Part shown: one piece after another, positions 29,696-37,876 of the stretch
How positions within the stretch are numbered: the first letter of the stretch is position 1
How the letters are laid out: each line of letters starts with the position of its first letter
Assembly (NCBI GenBank): GCA_964463985.1
Contig: CAYXEK010000002.1
Coordinates: 26,468 to 90,467 of the forward strand
Direction of reading: 5' to 3'
Length of the DNA stretch: 64,000 bases
From: an uncultured Verrucomicrobiota bacterium
Lineage (GTDB): Bacteria > Verrucomicrobiota > Kiritimatiellia > JAAZAB01
Made by a program: the position numbers and the translations under genes
Notes under the pieces: generated by a model
What the model saw: only the letters and a program-made list of their open reading frames with translations
Databases searched by the model: none
Told to the model about the DNA's origin: nothing

Positions 29696-31069
29696 ATGAC
29701 AGTCATGTATTCAGCATGCAGCATGAACCGGATGCCCGGCGGCCTGAAATATGCTTTTTGCGCCGCATTGCTGCTGTGCTCAACGGCCGGCGCCACGAAT
29801 GTATATGTCGTCCCGCCGGACACACCCGGCGCCGCGCCGGACGGCTTGTTCACCACATGGTCCACGGCCGCCACCAACATCCAGGATGCCATTAACGCCA
29901 TCAATACCAACGGCGGCAATATCGTTTACATATCCAATGGCGTCTATCATCTGACCAATGAGATTGCCGTGAATAAAGGCATCGTCCTGCGCAGTTGGAG
30001 CAACGGTCTGACGGCGCCCGCAAGCACGATCCTGGACGCCGACAATTACCCCGGGAAGCCCGAGACCAACCGCGTGCTGTATGTCAACCATGTTGATGCG
30101 ATCGTGGACGGATTGAAGCTGCAGGGGGGCAACGGCCGCGGCGGCGGCATTCTGATCGGCAGATCGGCCATGATTACAAATTGCATCATTTACAGCAATG
30201 TCACCGCCAATTACGGCGCCGGAATAGCGACGGAAGTAGTCGGACGCAAGGTGGGTCTGATAACGCATTGCAATGTGATTTATAACGAGGCCACGAACGG
30301 CGGCGGCGGATTTTTCCTTAACGATTATTCCACCGGCATCATTGAGCATTGCTCCATCGAATGGAACAAGTCCCGCGCAAACAATGCCGCGAATGGCGGC
30401 GGCGGATTTTACGGGACCAGGCTGGGAACGAACTTGATAGTGCGCTGGTGCACCATTGCCCATAATACCGCCTCCTACCGTGATTCCGGCGGCGGCGTGA
30501 ATATCTGGTATTCCGGGATCATTGAAAACTGTGTGATCGTATCCAATCACCAGATCAGCACTTCTACCGGGCGGTCCGGACACGATGTGTACATTTACTA
30601 CGGCACAAACGTCTACCTGCGCAATTGCCTGGTGGCGGGAAACACCAATACCTCACGCGATGTGGTGCATTGCCAATTCGCCGGCAATATCGAAAACTGC
30701 ACTATTGCCAATAACGCCGCGGGCGGCATCGGCAACTACACGAATGATGCCGGGGCGCGGGTCGTCAACACAATCATGTACGATAACCTGATTGATGCCT
30801 ACACCAACAACATAGTATTTTCCAACTGTGTGGCTTCCGTGGTCTTGCCCGGCGCGGACAATATCACCAACGCGCCGATATTCGCCGACGCCGGTTTCAG
30901 GCTGGCCGCCGATTCGCCCGGGATAAATGCCGGACTGAACCTGCCCTGGATGTCCGAGCCGGGCGCAATTGATTTGGACGGACGGCGGCGGGTGGACGCG
31001 ATCCAGCGCCGCGTAGACATGGGCTGCTATGAATATTTATACCGCGGATCACTATTCAATATCAAATGA
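29696..31069 (+). CDS. Secreted right-handed parallel beta-helix repeat protein (paralog P3)
   Basis: Start placed at the ATG at 29696, preceded by a GGAGG RBS at 29686-29690; the track ORF starts at 29588. Signal peptide; NVYVVPPDTPGAAPDG...AATNIQDAINAINTNGGNIVYISNGVYHLTNEIAVNKG (a patch about 99% identical at the nucleotide level to P1); C-terminal DLDGRRRVD...VDMGCYEY. Confidence 0.7.
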   Translation: MTVMYSACSMNRMPGGLKYAFCAALLLCSTAGATNVYVVPPDTPGAAPDGLFTTWSTAATNIQDAINAINTNGGNIVYISNGVYHLTNEIAVNKGIVLRSWSNGLTAPASTILDADNYPGKPETNRVLYVNHVDAIVDGLKLQGGNGRGGGILIGRSAMITNCIIYSNVTANYGAGIATEVVGRKVGLITHCNVIYNEATNGGGGFFLNDYSTGIIEHCSIEWNKSRANNAANGGGGFYGTRLGTNLIVRWCTIAHNTASYRDSGGGVNIWYSGIIENCVIVSNHQISTSTGRSGHDVYIYYGTNVYLRNCLVAGNTNTSRDVVHCQFAGNIENCTIANNAAGGIGNYTNDAGARVVNTIMYDNLIDAYTNNIVFSNCVASVVLPGADNITNAPIFADAGFRLAADSPGINAGLNLPWMSEPGAIDLDGRRRVDAIQRRVDMGCYEYLYRGSLFNIK

Positions 31070-31224
31070 GCCGGTTGCAGCGGAATCGCGCGGGTAACCA
31101 GCATGTTATCGCACTGGAGGGCCGCGCCCATCGCGGCCGCCGGGATTTACGGAGACCGCTCGCACCGATCTAATTAACCGCGCCGTCATTTTCATGGCGC
31201 CGCGCAACCGCCAGGAAGGTTAAC

Positions 31225-32589
31225 ATGCAAAGCAAGCGCCCCAAAAACAGACCGAACATCGTGCTCATGGTATCCGACGATCACGGCCTGGAAACGCTGG
31301 GGTGCTACGGCAATGCCGCCGTGCACACGCCCCGCCTGGACAGTCTGGCCGGAGACGGCGTTCGGTTTACAAACGCTTTTTGCACTTCCGCCTCCTGCGC
31401 CGCCAGCCGGGCCAACATCCTGACCGGCCTTTACAACCATGCCACCGGCGCCTACGGCCACACTCATGGCGTCAACCATTTTTCCTGTTTCGACAATATT
31501 GAAACATTGCCGGCCCTGCTTAACAAGTGCGGCTACCGCACCGGCCGCGTCGGGAAAAAGCACTACGCCCCTGACCGGCTCTTTCCCTTTGCCTGGGGTT
31601 GCCCTGACAACCGGTTCGGACGCGACGATGTCCGCATGTCGGAAGCCTGCCGGGAGTTCGTGCGCGGGCCGGCCCCGTTTTTCCTTTACTGGTGCTCCAA
31701 AAATCCCCACCGGGCCTTTTTCAAGGAAGATCACCCGCTGCGTCCCAACCGCTTCGGCAATCCTCTACGCTCCTTCCCGGGCGACAAGGAAAAATTATAC
31801 GCCGAAACAGAAGTGCAAGTGCCTCCATTCCTGAACGATACTCCCGCCGCACGGGCGGAATTGGCCCAATATTACCAATCCATTTCCCGCCTGGACCGCG
31901 GCGTCGGCAAATTGATGGATGTATTGAAGGAGGAGGGCCAATACGACAACACGGTGGTGATTTACATTTCCGATAACGGCGCGGCCTTCCCCCAGGCGAA
32001 AACCAATCTTTATGAGCCGGGGATGCGCCTGCCGTGCATAATCCGCACCCCCTGGCAGCGCTCCCGCGGCGGCATTTGCGACGGATTAATCACCTGGACG
32101 GACATGGCCCCCACCATCCTCGATTTCGCGCGCTGCCGACGCCATCCTTCAAAATTCCACGGACGTTCATTTAAAAACATCATCGGCGAAAAAAGCCCAA
32201 AAAAATGGCGCGCCGCCATCTATGCCTCGCATACCTTCCACGGCATCACCAACTATTACCCGATGCGCGTCATACGCACGAAAAAATTCAAATTCATCTG
32301 GAATATCGCCTGGAAACTGGATTATTCGTTTGCGTCAGATCTCTGGGCGTCCGCTTACTGGCAGGCCATGCTGCGCGACGGCGGCAGCCGATTGGGCGCA
32401 AAATCGCTGAAGGCTTATCTGCATCGCCCGCGGTTTGAGCTTTATGACCTCGAAAACGATCCGAACGAGACGAAAAACCTCGCGGACAAACCGGCTTACG
32501 GCGAATTGGTCGCCGATTTTACAGCACAATTGAAAACTTTCCAGAAGGAAACCAGCGATCCATGGATCCACAAATGGATTTATGATTAA
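31225..32589 (+). CDS. Sulfatase (formylglycine-dependent), variant C-x-A-x-R motif, no signal peptide
   Basis: 454-aa ORF. NIVLMVSDDHGLE...CTSASCAASRANILTG (C-A-A-S-R) and VVIYISDNGA. GGAAGG RBS upstream. Confidence 0.9.
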   Translation: MQSKRPKNRPNIVLMVSDDHGLETLGCYGNAAVHTPRLDSLAGDGVRFTNAFCTSASCAASRANILTGLYNHATGAYGHTHGVNHFSCFDNIETLPALLNKCGYRTGRVGKKHYAPDRLFPFAWGCPDNRFGRDDVRMSEACREFVRGPAPFFLYWCSKNPHRAFFKEDHPLRPNRFGNPLRSFPGDKEKLYAETEVQVPPFLNDTPAARAELAQYYQSISRLDRGVGKLMDVLKEEGQYDNTVVIYISDNGAAFPQAKTNLYEPGMRLPCIIRTPWQRSRGGICDGLITWTDMAPTILDFARCRRHPSKFHGRSFKNIIGEKSPKKWRAAIYASHTFHGITNYYPMRVIRTKKFKFIWNIAWKLDYSFASDLWASAYWQAMLRDGGSRLGAKSLKAYLHRPRFELYDLENDPNETKNLADKPAYGELVADFTAQLKTFQKETSDPWIHKWIYD

Positions 32590-33643
32590 ACCGCAGGCCA
32601 CAAAAAAAGGAGGAGCCGTGCAGAAAAACTTGCTGATGATTACGGGCATATCATGCGGGATTGCTTTTGCCGGCCTGGCGGCGGCGCCGGATGCAACCCT
32701 TGGTCCGATGGCGGAAAAGGGGCCGGACGACGTGCCGGCCCTGATCAAGGCGCTGAAAGCCGGGGAGATGGGCGCGCGCTGGAACGCGGCCTTGATCCTG
32801 GGCGAAATCGGCGATAAAACCGCCGTGCCGGCCCTGGTCGAGTGTGCGGGGAAAGACGATAACCCACGGGTGCGTCGGCGCGCCCTGGAGGCGCTGGGCA
32901 AGCTGGGCGATAAAACCGCCGTGCCGGCCCTGCAGGCGGCGCTGCAGGACGGGGATCGGTTCGTGCGCCGGGATGCCGCGCGCGCCCTGGGCCGATTGGG
33001 CGACGCAACTGCCGTGCCGGCCCTGGCGGCGCTGCTGAAGGACCCGGAGGGATTCGTGCGACGGGACGCCGCGCGCGCCCTGGGCGAAATCGGCGACAAT
33101 TCCATCATTCCCGAATTGCGTCAATTGGCGGAAGAATCCGCCGCGGATTACAGTGTTGACGCTCCGCTGCTGCCGGAGGAAATGTCGCCCGCGGCGCGGG
33201 AGGCGTGTTTTGCCCTGGGCAAACTTGGCGGGGAAACCGCCGTGCCGGCCCTGGCACAAGTCATCAAGCACACCACCGGTTCCGTCAGGATGCGCGCAGC
33301 GGCGGCGCTGGGAAACTGCGGCGCGGCGGCGGCGCCGGTCCTGACGGCGGCCCTGGCGGATGAAGACGGCAATGTCCGCCGGGCGGCGGTCGCCGGCCTG
33401 AAACAAATCGGCGGGGAGGCCGGCGCGGCGGGACTGGCGGAAGCTTTCAAGTCGGATGACGTCCTGACCCAACTGGAAGCCGCCAGGGCCCTGGGCGAAA
33501 TCGGCGGCAAATCTTCCGTGCCGGCCCTGCAGGCGGCGCTGGCGGCGGCGCGCGCGGCGGAACCCAGCCGTTACAAAAACCGCCTCATCCAGGCGGTGCA
33601 GGCAGCGATTAAATCCATCGAAACCGGAAAGGATGGGAAATAA
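32582..33643 (+). CDS. HEAT-repeat (PBS-lyase-like) protein
   Basis: 353-aa ORF with at least 8 repeats of the form ..RR.AA.ALG.IGD..AVPAL...L.D.... It overlaps the sulfatase stop by 8 bp. Confidence 0.65.
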   Translation: MIKPQATKKGGAVQKNLLMITGISCGIAFAGLAAAPDATLGPMAEKGPDDVPALIKALKAGEMGARWNAALILGEIGDKTAVPALVECAGKDDNPRVRRRALEALGKLGDKTAVPALQAALQDGDRFVRRDAARALGRLGDATAVPALAALLKDPEGFVRRDAARALGEIGDNSIIPELRQLAEESAADYSVDAPLLPEEMSPAAREACFALGKLGGETAVPALAQVIKHTTGSVRMRAAAALGNCGAAAAPVLTAALADEDGNVRRAAVAGLKQIGGEAGAAGLAEAFKSDDVLTQLEAARALGEIGGKSSVPALQAALAAARAAEPSRYKNRLIQAVQAAIKSIETGKDGK

Positions 33644-35676
33644 TGCGCAATGTTTTTTTACCCGCCGCCGCTTTATGCGCCCTGCTTGCATCCGGCGTGG
33701 CCATGCGAGCGCCGGGCGCGGAAGAAGCGGTCATAGTCAAAGAAGGCCGTGCCATGGCGGTGATCGTGGCGGCGGACGATGCCGGGCGCGCGGAACAATA
33801 CGCGGCGGCGGAACTGCAAAAATACCTTGAAAAGATATCCGGGGCGCGGCTGGAGATCGTGCCGGAAAACCAGGTCAAGGCGGAAAAGGGGCTGGGGCCG
33901 GAGAGTTCCCGGATATTCATCGGCAGGTGCAGGGAATCCGCGCCGTTGTATAACATGCTGCGCCGGAAGGACGCCGATGCCTTCGCGGTGAAAGTCGAGC
34001 GGCAGCAGATCGGGGAAATGGTGCGTCCGGGGCAATGGGACGACCGGCCGGGAAACTGGCATGACGTGTTCCTGGTCGGCGCGAGCGGGCGGGGCACGGT
34101 TTACGCCGTGTATGACTTCCTGGAGCGCGACCTGGGCTGCCGCTGGCTGGCGCCGGGCGAAGTTTGGGAGGAGATCCCGCAGACCAACACGGTCGCGGCC
34201 GCAACCGGCGCGCGGATGGAAGAACCGGTGATGAAGTACCGGCAGGACAACTCCCTGGACCACTCCGACTGGGGGCTGAAACAGAAAGCCAATATCTGCC
34301 GGCGCATCGCCTGGCCGTTTGCCTGGATGGACCGGCGGTATCGCGAGGTCGAACCGCTGCCGGTTGAATTGCGCGGCTGGGAAGGCGTGCATGACGCCCC
34401 GCGGATCGCCTGGGGCGTGAGCGCGGAAAACCCGGAATGGTTCGCGGCGGACCAGGCCGGCGCGCGATACGTCGGCTACGAGCATGAAAAGATCAAGGGC
34501 CAAATATGCTTCAGCAACCCGGAAGTGCGGGATTTGCTGGCGGATCGGCTTTCGCAGCTCCTGCGCGAGCGTCCGGAGCTGGATTTTGTCGAAGTCGGGT
34601 GCGAGGACGGCCTGCCGCGCAATTATTGCCATTGTGGAAAGTGCCTGGATTGGGATGCAATTAACGCGGTGGAACGGGGCAAGCGCGGGATGCACACCCA
34701 CCGCTGGCTGGCGCTGGTGAACGCGGTGGCCAAGCAACTGGCGGAAAGCGATCCGGCGAAAAAGCTCGTCGCCGCGGCTTACGCCACCTACCAGGAGCCG
34801 CCGGACCCGGAAGTGATCAAGCCCGATCCCAATGTCATCATCATGTATTGGTCCTGGGCCAATTGCCGGGTGCACGGCTACGAACACCTGCGGGAAGACG
34901 AAAACCGCTTGCCGGAAATGGAGTCGCATGCGCAATCCCGGGCATGGCTGGAAGCCTGGAGCGGGATTACACCGGCAGGCATGATCATCTCGGAATACGT
35001 TACGCGCTCCGCCATGGATGGCATGGTGGGCACCTGCCCGCGGCGGTATGTTAACGACATGCGTTACCTGCAAAAACACGGTTTTACCGGATACAACCCT
35101 TTTGACGATCCGCTGCAATGGGGCATGCGCGTTGTCAACCGGTATGCCATCGTCAAGGCCATGTGGAACCCTGACGTTGACCCGGATACGTTGATGGAGG
35201 ATTTTTGCAACCACGCCTTCCACGCGGGTTCGTCGGAGATGCAAGCCTTCATCCAGGGCATTGAAAACGCCATGCAGACCGCCGGATGCAGCCACGTGTC
35301 GGCCACCAGTTGGATGACCCCGGCAAACATGGAGGCGGCGAAACAGCATCTGGATGCCGCGCAGCAAGCCGCGGCCGGCGATGCGAAGGCGCTGGCGCGG
35401 CTGGGTCAAATCGAGCGTAACTTGCGGTATTCCGAACTGGCGGGCCCGGCTTTCGAGCTCTGGTTCCGCGTAGCCAAGGGCGAGCGCGACCCAGCTTTGA
35501 TGCGCGAAGCCATCCGGCTGGGCGAAGCCGCATTGGCTTACCGCGAAGAAATGCGGCAAAAATATCCCGATGAAAATTTCCGCGCCGGCTTCCGGATGGT
35601 TGACCAGGCGGGGAAAGACGGCCGCTGGCATGCGCTGCTAAAACAACTTGAGGCAGAGCAGAAGAAAGCGGAATAA
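33643..35676 (+). CDS. DUF4838-like secreted protein (GH20b-like N-domain, putative glycoside hydrolase), tandem paralog 1
   Basis: 677-aa ORF with a signal peptide. TVYAVYDFLERDLGCRWLAPGEVWEEIP is a DUF4838-type motif. Residues ~49-360 are nucleotide-identical to paralog 2. Confidence 0.55.
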   Translation: MRNVFLPAAALCALLASGVAMRAPGAEEAVIVKEGRAMAVIVAADDAGRAEQYAAAELQKYLEKISGARLEIVPENQVKAEKGLGPESSRIFIGRCRESAPLYNMLRRKDADAFAVKVERQQIGEMVRPGQWDDRPGNWHDVFLVGASGRGTVYAVYDFLERDLGCRWLAPGEVWEEIPQTNTVAAATGARMEEPVMKYRQDNSLDHSDWGLKQKANICRRIAWPFAWMDRRYREVEPLPVELRGWEGVHDAPRIAWGVSAENPEWFAADQAGARYVGYEHEKIKGQICFSNPEVRDLLADRLSQLLRERPELDFVEVGCEDGLPRNYCHCGKCLDWDAINAVERGKRGMHTHRWLALVNAVAKQLAESDPAKKLVAAAYATYQEPPDPEVIKPDPNVIIMYWSWANCRVHGYEHLREDENRLPEMESHAQSRAWLEAWSGITPAGMIISEYVTRSAMDGMVGTCPRRYVNDMRYLQKHGFTGYNPFDDPLQWGMRVVNRYAIVKAMWNPDVDPDTLMEDFCNHAFHAGSSEMQAFIQGIENAMQTAGCSHVSATSWMTPANMEAAKQHLDAAQQAAAGDAKALARLGQIERNLRYSELAGPAFELWFRVAKGERDPALMREAIRLGEAALAYREEMRQKYPDENFRAGFRMVDQAGKDGRWHALLKQLEAEQKKAE

Positions 35677-35679
35677 AAC

Positions 35680-37722
35680 ATGCGTCAAATCTTCCGGTTA
35701 CTGCCGTTTTTTTGTTTGCCGGCATCTTTCGCTTGGAATGGCGGGGTTGATAAGCCAGGCACGGCGATGATGGTGCGGGACGGTCAACCGGCCGCCGTCA
35801 TAGTGACTCCTGCCGGCCAAAGCCGCGCGGAACAATACGCGGCGGCGGAACTGCAAAAATACCTTGAAAAGATATCCGGGGCGCGGCTGGAGATCGTGCC
35901 GGAAAACCAGGTCAAGGCGGAAAAGGGGCTGGGGCCGGAGAGTTCCCGGATATTCATCGGCAGGTGCAGGGAATCCGCGCCGTTGTATAACATGCTGCGC
36001 CGGAAGGACGCCGATGCCTTCGCGGTGAAAGTCGAGCGGCAGCAGATCGGGGAAATGGTGCGTCCGGGGCAATGGGACGACCGGCCGGGAAACTGGCATG
36101 ACGTGTTCCTGGTCGGCGCGAGCGGGCGGGGCACGGTTTACGCCGTGTATGACTTCCTGGAGCGCGACCTGGGCTGCCGCTGGCTGGCGCCGGGCGAAGT
36201 TTGGGAGGAGATCCCGCAGACCAACACGGTCGCGGCCGCAACCGGCGCGCGGATGGAAGAACCGGTGATGAAGTACCGGCAGGACAACTCCCTGGACCAC
36301 TCCGACTGGGGGCTGAAACAGAAAGCCAATATCTGCCGGCGCATCGCCTGGCCGTTTGCCTGGATGGACCGGCGGTATCGCGAGGTCGAACCGCTGCCGG
36401 TTGAATTGCGCGGCTGGGAAGGCGTGCATGACGCCCCGCGGATCGCCTGGGGCGTGAGCGCGGAAAACCCGGAATGGTTCGCGGCGGACCAGGCCGGCGC
36501 GCGATACGTCGGCTACGAGCATGAAAAGATCAAGGGCCAAATATGCTTCAGCAACCCGGAAGTGCGGGATTTGCTGGCGGATCGGCTTTCGCAGCTCCTG
36601 CGCGAGCGTCCGGAGCTGGATTTTGTCGAAGTCGGGTGCGAGGACGGCCTGCCGCGCAATTATTGCCATTGTGGAAAGTGCCTGGATTGGGATGCAATTA
36701 ACGCGGTGGAACGGGGCAAGCGCGGGATGCACACCCACCGCTGGCTGGCGCTGGTGAATGCGGTGGCGAAACAACTGGCGGAAAGCGATCCGGCGAAAAA
36801 ACTCGTCGCCGCGGCTTACGCCACCTACCAGGAGCCGCCGGACCCGGAAGTGATTAAGCCCGATCCCAATGTCATCATCATGTATTGGTCCTGGTACGGT
36901 TGCCGCGTGCATGGTTACGATCACGCCGGCGAATCCTCGTTGCACACCATGCCGCGGAAATGGATTGAAGCCTGGAGCGGCATTACGCCGGGGGGCATGA
37001 TCATGTCGGAATACGTATCGCGCAGCAGCATGGACGGCATGGTGGGCGCCAATCCGGCGCGGTTCATCAACGACATGCGCTACCTGCAACGGCATGGATT
37101 TGCGGGTTATAATGCCTTTGATTCGCCGATCCCCTGGGGCATTCAAACCGTCAATCGTTATGCCATCGCCAAAGCCATGTGGAATCCGGGCGTTGACCCG
37201 GAAACGCTGATCAGGGATTTTTGCGATCATGCTTTTCACGCGGCATCCGGCCACATGCAGCAGTTCATCAATACCATCGAAAATGCCATGCAAACAGCCG
37301 CATGCCAGCATTGTTACGCCACCAGCTGGATGACTCCCGCAACCATGCAAGCGGCGCGGCGGCGCCTGGATGCCGCGCATGCGGCAGCGGAAGGCGATCC
37401 GGCGGTTGCGCCGCGGTTGCGCGAATACGAATGGCATTTCCGCTATTCGGAAATGGCGGGACCCGCTTACAACCTGGGGCTGCAAGCCATGGCAACCCGC
37501 AAAACTGATTTAAATCCGGAAATATTGCGGAAAGCCATCAAACTGGGGGAGGCGGCCCTGGCTTACCGCAAAGCAATGCTGGAAAAGCATCCCGGGGCGC
37601 GGTTTCCCACCGGCCACCGATTATGCAATCATGCAGGGGAAGACGGCGATTGGCGTAAACTGCTGGCGGAAATTGAACCGCCGCGGAAACCGGATGCCGG
37701 GACCGGCGACGGAAGAATATGA
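35680..37722 (+). CDS. DUF4838-like secreted protein, tandem paralog 2
   Basis: 680-aa ORF starting 4 bp after paralog 1 ends. It shares an identical ~940-bp block; the C-terminal 270 aa are roughly 70% identical. Confidence 0.55.
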   Translation: MRQIFRLLPFFCLPASFAWNGGVDKPGTAMMVRDGQPAAVIVTPAGQSRAEQYAAAELQKYLEKISGARLEIVPENQVKAEKGLGPESSRIFIGRCRESAPLYNMLRRKDADAFAVKVERQQIGEMVRPGQWDDRPGNWHDVFLVGASGRGTVYAVYDFLERDLGCRWLAPGEVWEEIPQTNTVAAATGARMEEPVMKYRQDNSLDHSDWGLKQKANICRRIAWPFAWMDRRYREVEPLPVELRGWEGVHDAPRIAWGVSAENPEWFAADQAGARYVGYEHEKIKGQICFSNPEVRDLLADRLSQLLRERPELDFVEVGCEDGLPRNYCHCGKCLDWDAINAVERGKRGMHTHRWLALVNAVAKQLAESDPAKKLVAAAYATYQEPPDPEVIKPDPNVIIMYWSWYGCRVHGYDHAGESSLHTMPRKWIEAWSGITPGGMIMSEYVSRSSMDGMVGANPARFINDMRYLQRHGFAGYNAFDSPIPWGIQTVNRYAIAKAMWNPGVDPETLIRDFCDHAFHAASGHMQQFINTIENAMQTAACQHCYATSWMTPATMQAARRRLDAAHAAAEGDPAVAPRLREYEWHFRYSEMAGPAYNLGLQAMATRKTDLNPEILRKAIKLGEAALAYRKAMLEKHPGARFPTGHRLCNHAGEDGDWRKLLAEIEPPRKPDAGTGDGRI

Positions 37723-37876
37723 ATCAGCGCAGGTAACAAGCGCAAGCTTGTCCGCGTTCACGGGGTGAAGTCAGCCCGCAGGAGCAAAAGGCATGGAAAT
37801 TGTTTTGCGCATGCCAAACCGCTCCAGGCGCAGCTTGGCAAGCTTGCCGTGGTTCTGCATGTCTGACGGCTGAAGA

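Noticed and set aside
32335-33691. Long antisense ORFs (257 and 346 aa on the minus strand) opposite the HEAT-repeat gene, and many similar 60-350-aa antisense or out-of-frame ORFs throughout the track (for example 490-1296 +, 1790-2515 +, 25123-25848 -, 27769-29019 -, 33673-35631 -, 35698-37485 -, 40225-41586 +, 42951-44021 +)
   Set aside because: High-GC DNA yields long stop-free frames by chance. These lack recognisable motifs, are Arg/Ala/Pro/Gly-rich in the manner typical of antisense GC-rich reading, and each is fully covered by a convincing gene on the other strand or frame.
7370-36762. Possibility that the identical tracts (C45 pair, DUF4838 pair) are diversity-generating-retroelement template/variable repeats
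   Set aside because: No reverse transcriptase or accessory gene is in the window. The tracts are far longer than DGR TR/VR pairs (490 and 940 bp against about 100-150). They are perfectly identical rather than adenine-mutagenised. Gene conversion or assembly collapse fits better.
37735-37765. Hairpin ACAAGC-GCAA-GCTTGT immediately downstream of the second DUF4838 gene as an intrinsic terminator
   Set aside because: The stem is only 6 bp and no U-tract follows, so the evidence is too weak to annotate. The same applies to the GGCCG...CGGCC stem in the convergent gap at 40103-40155.
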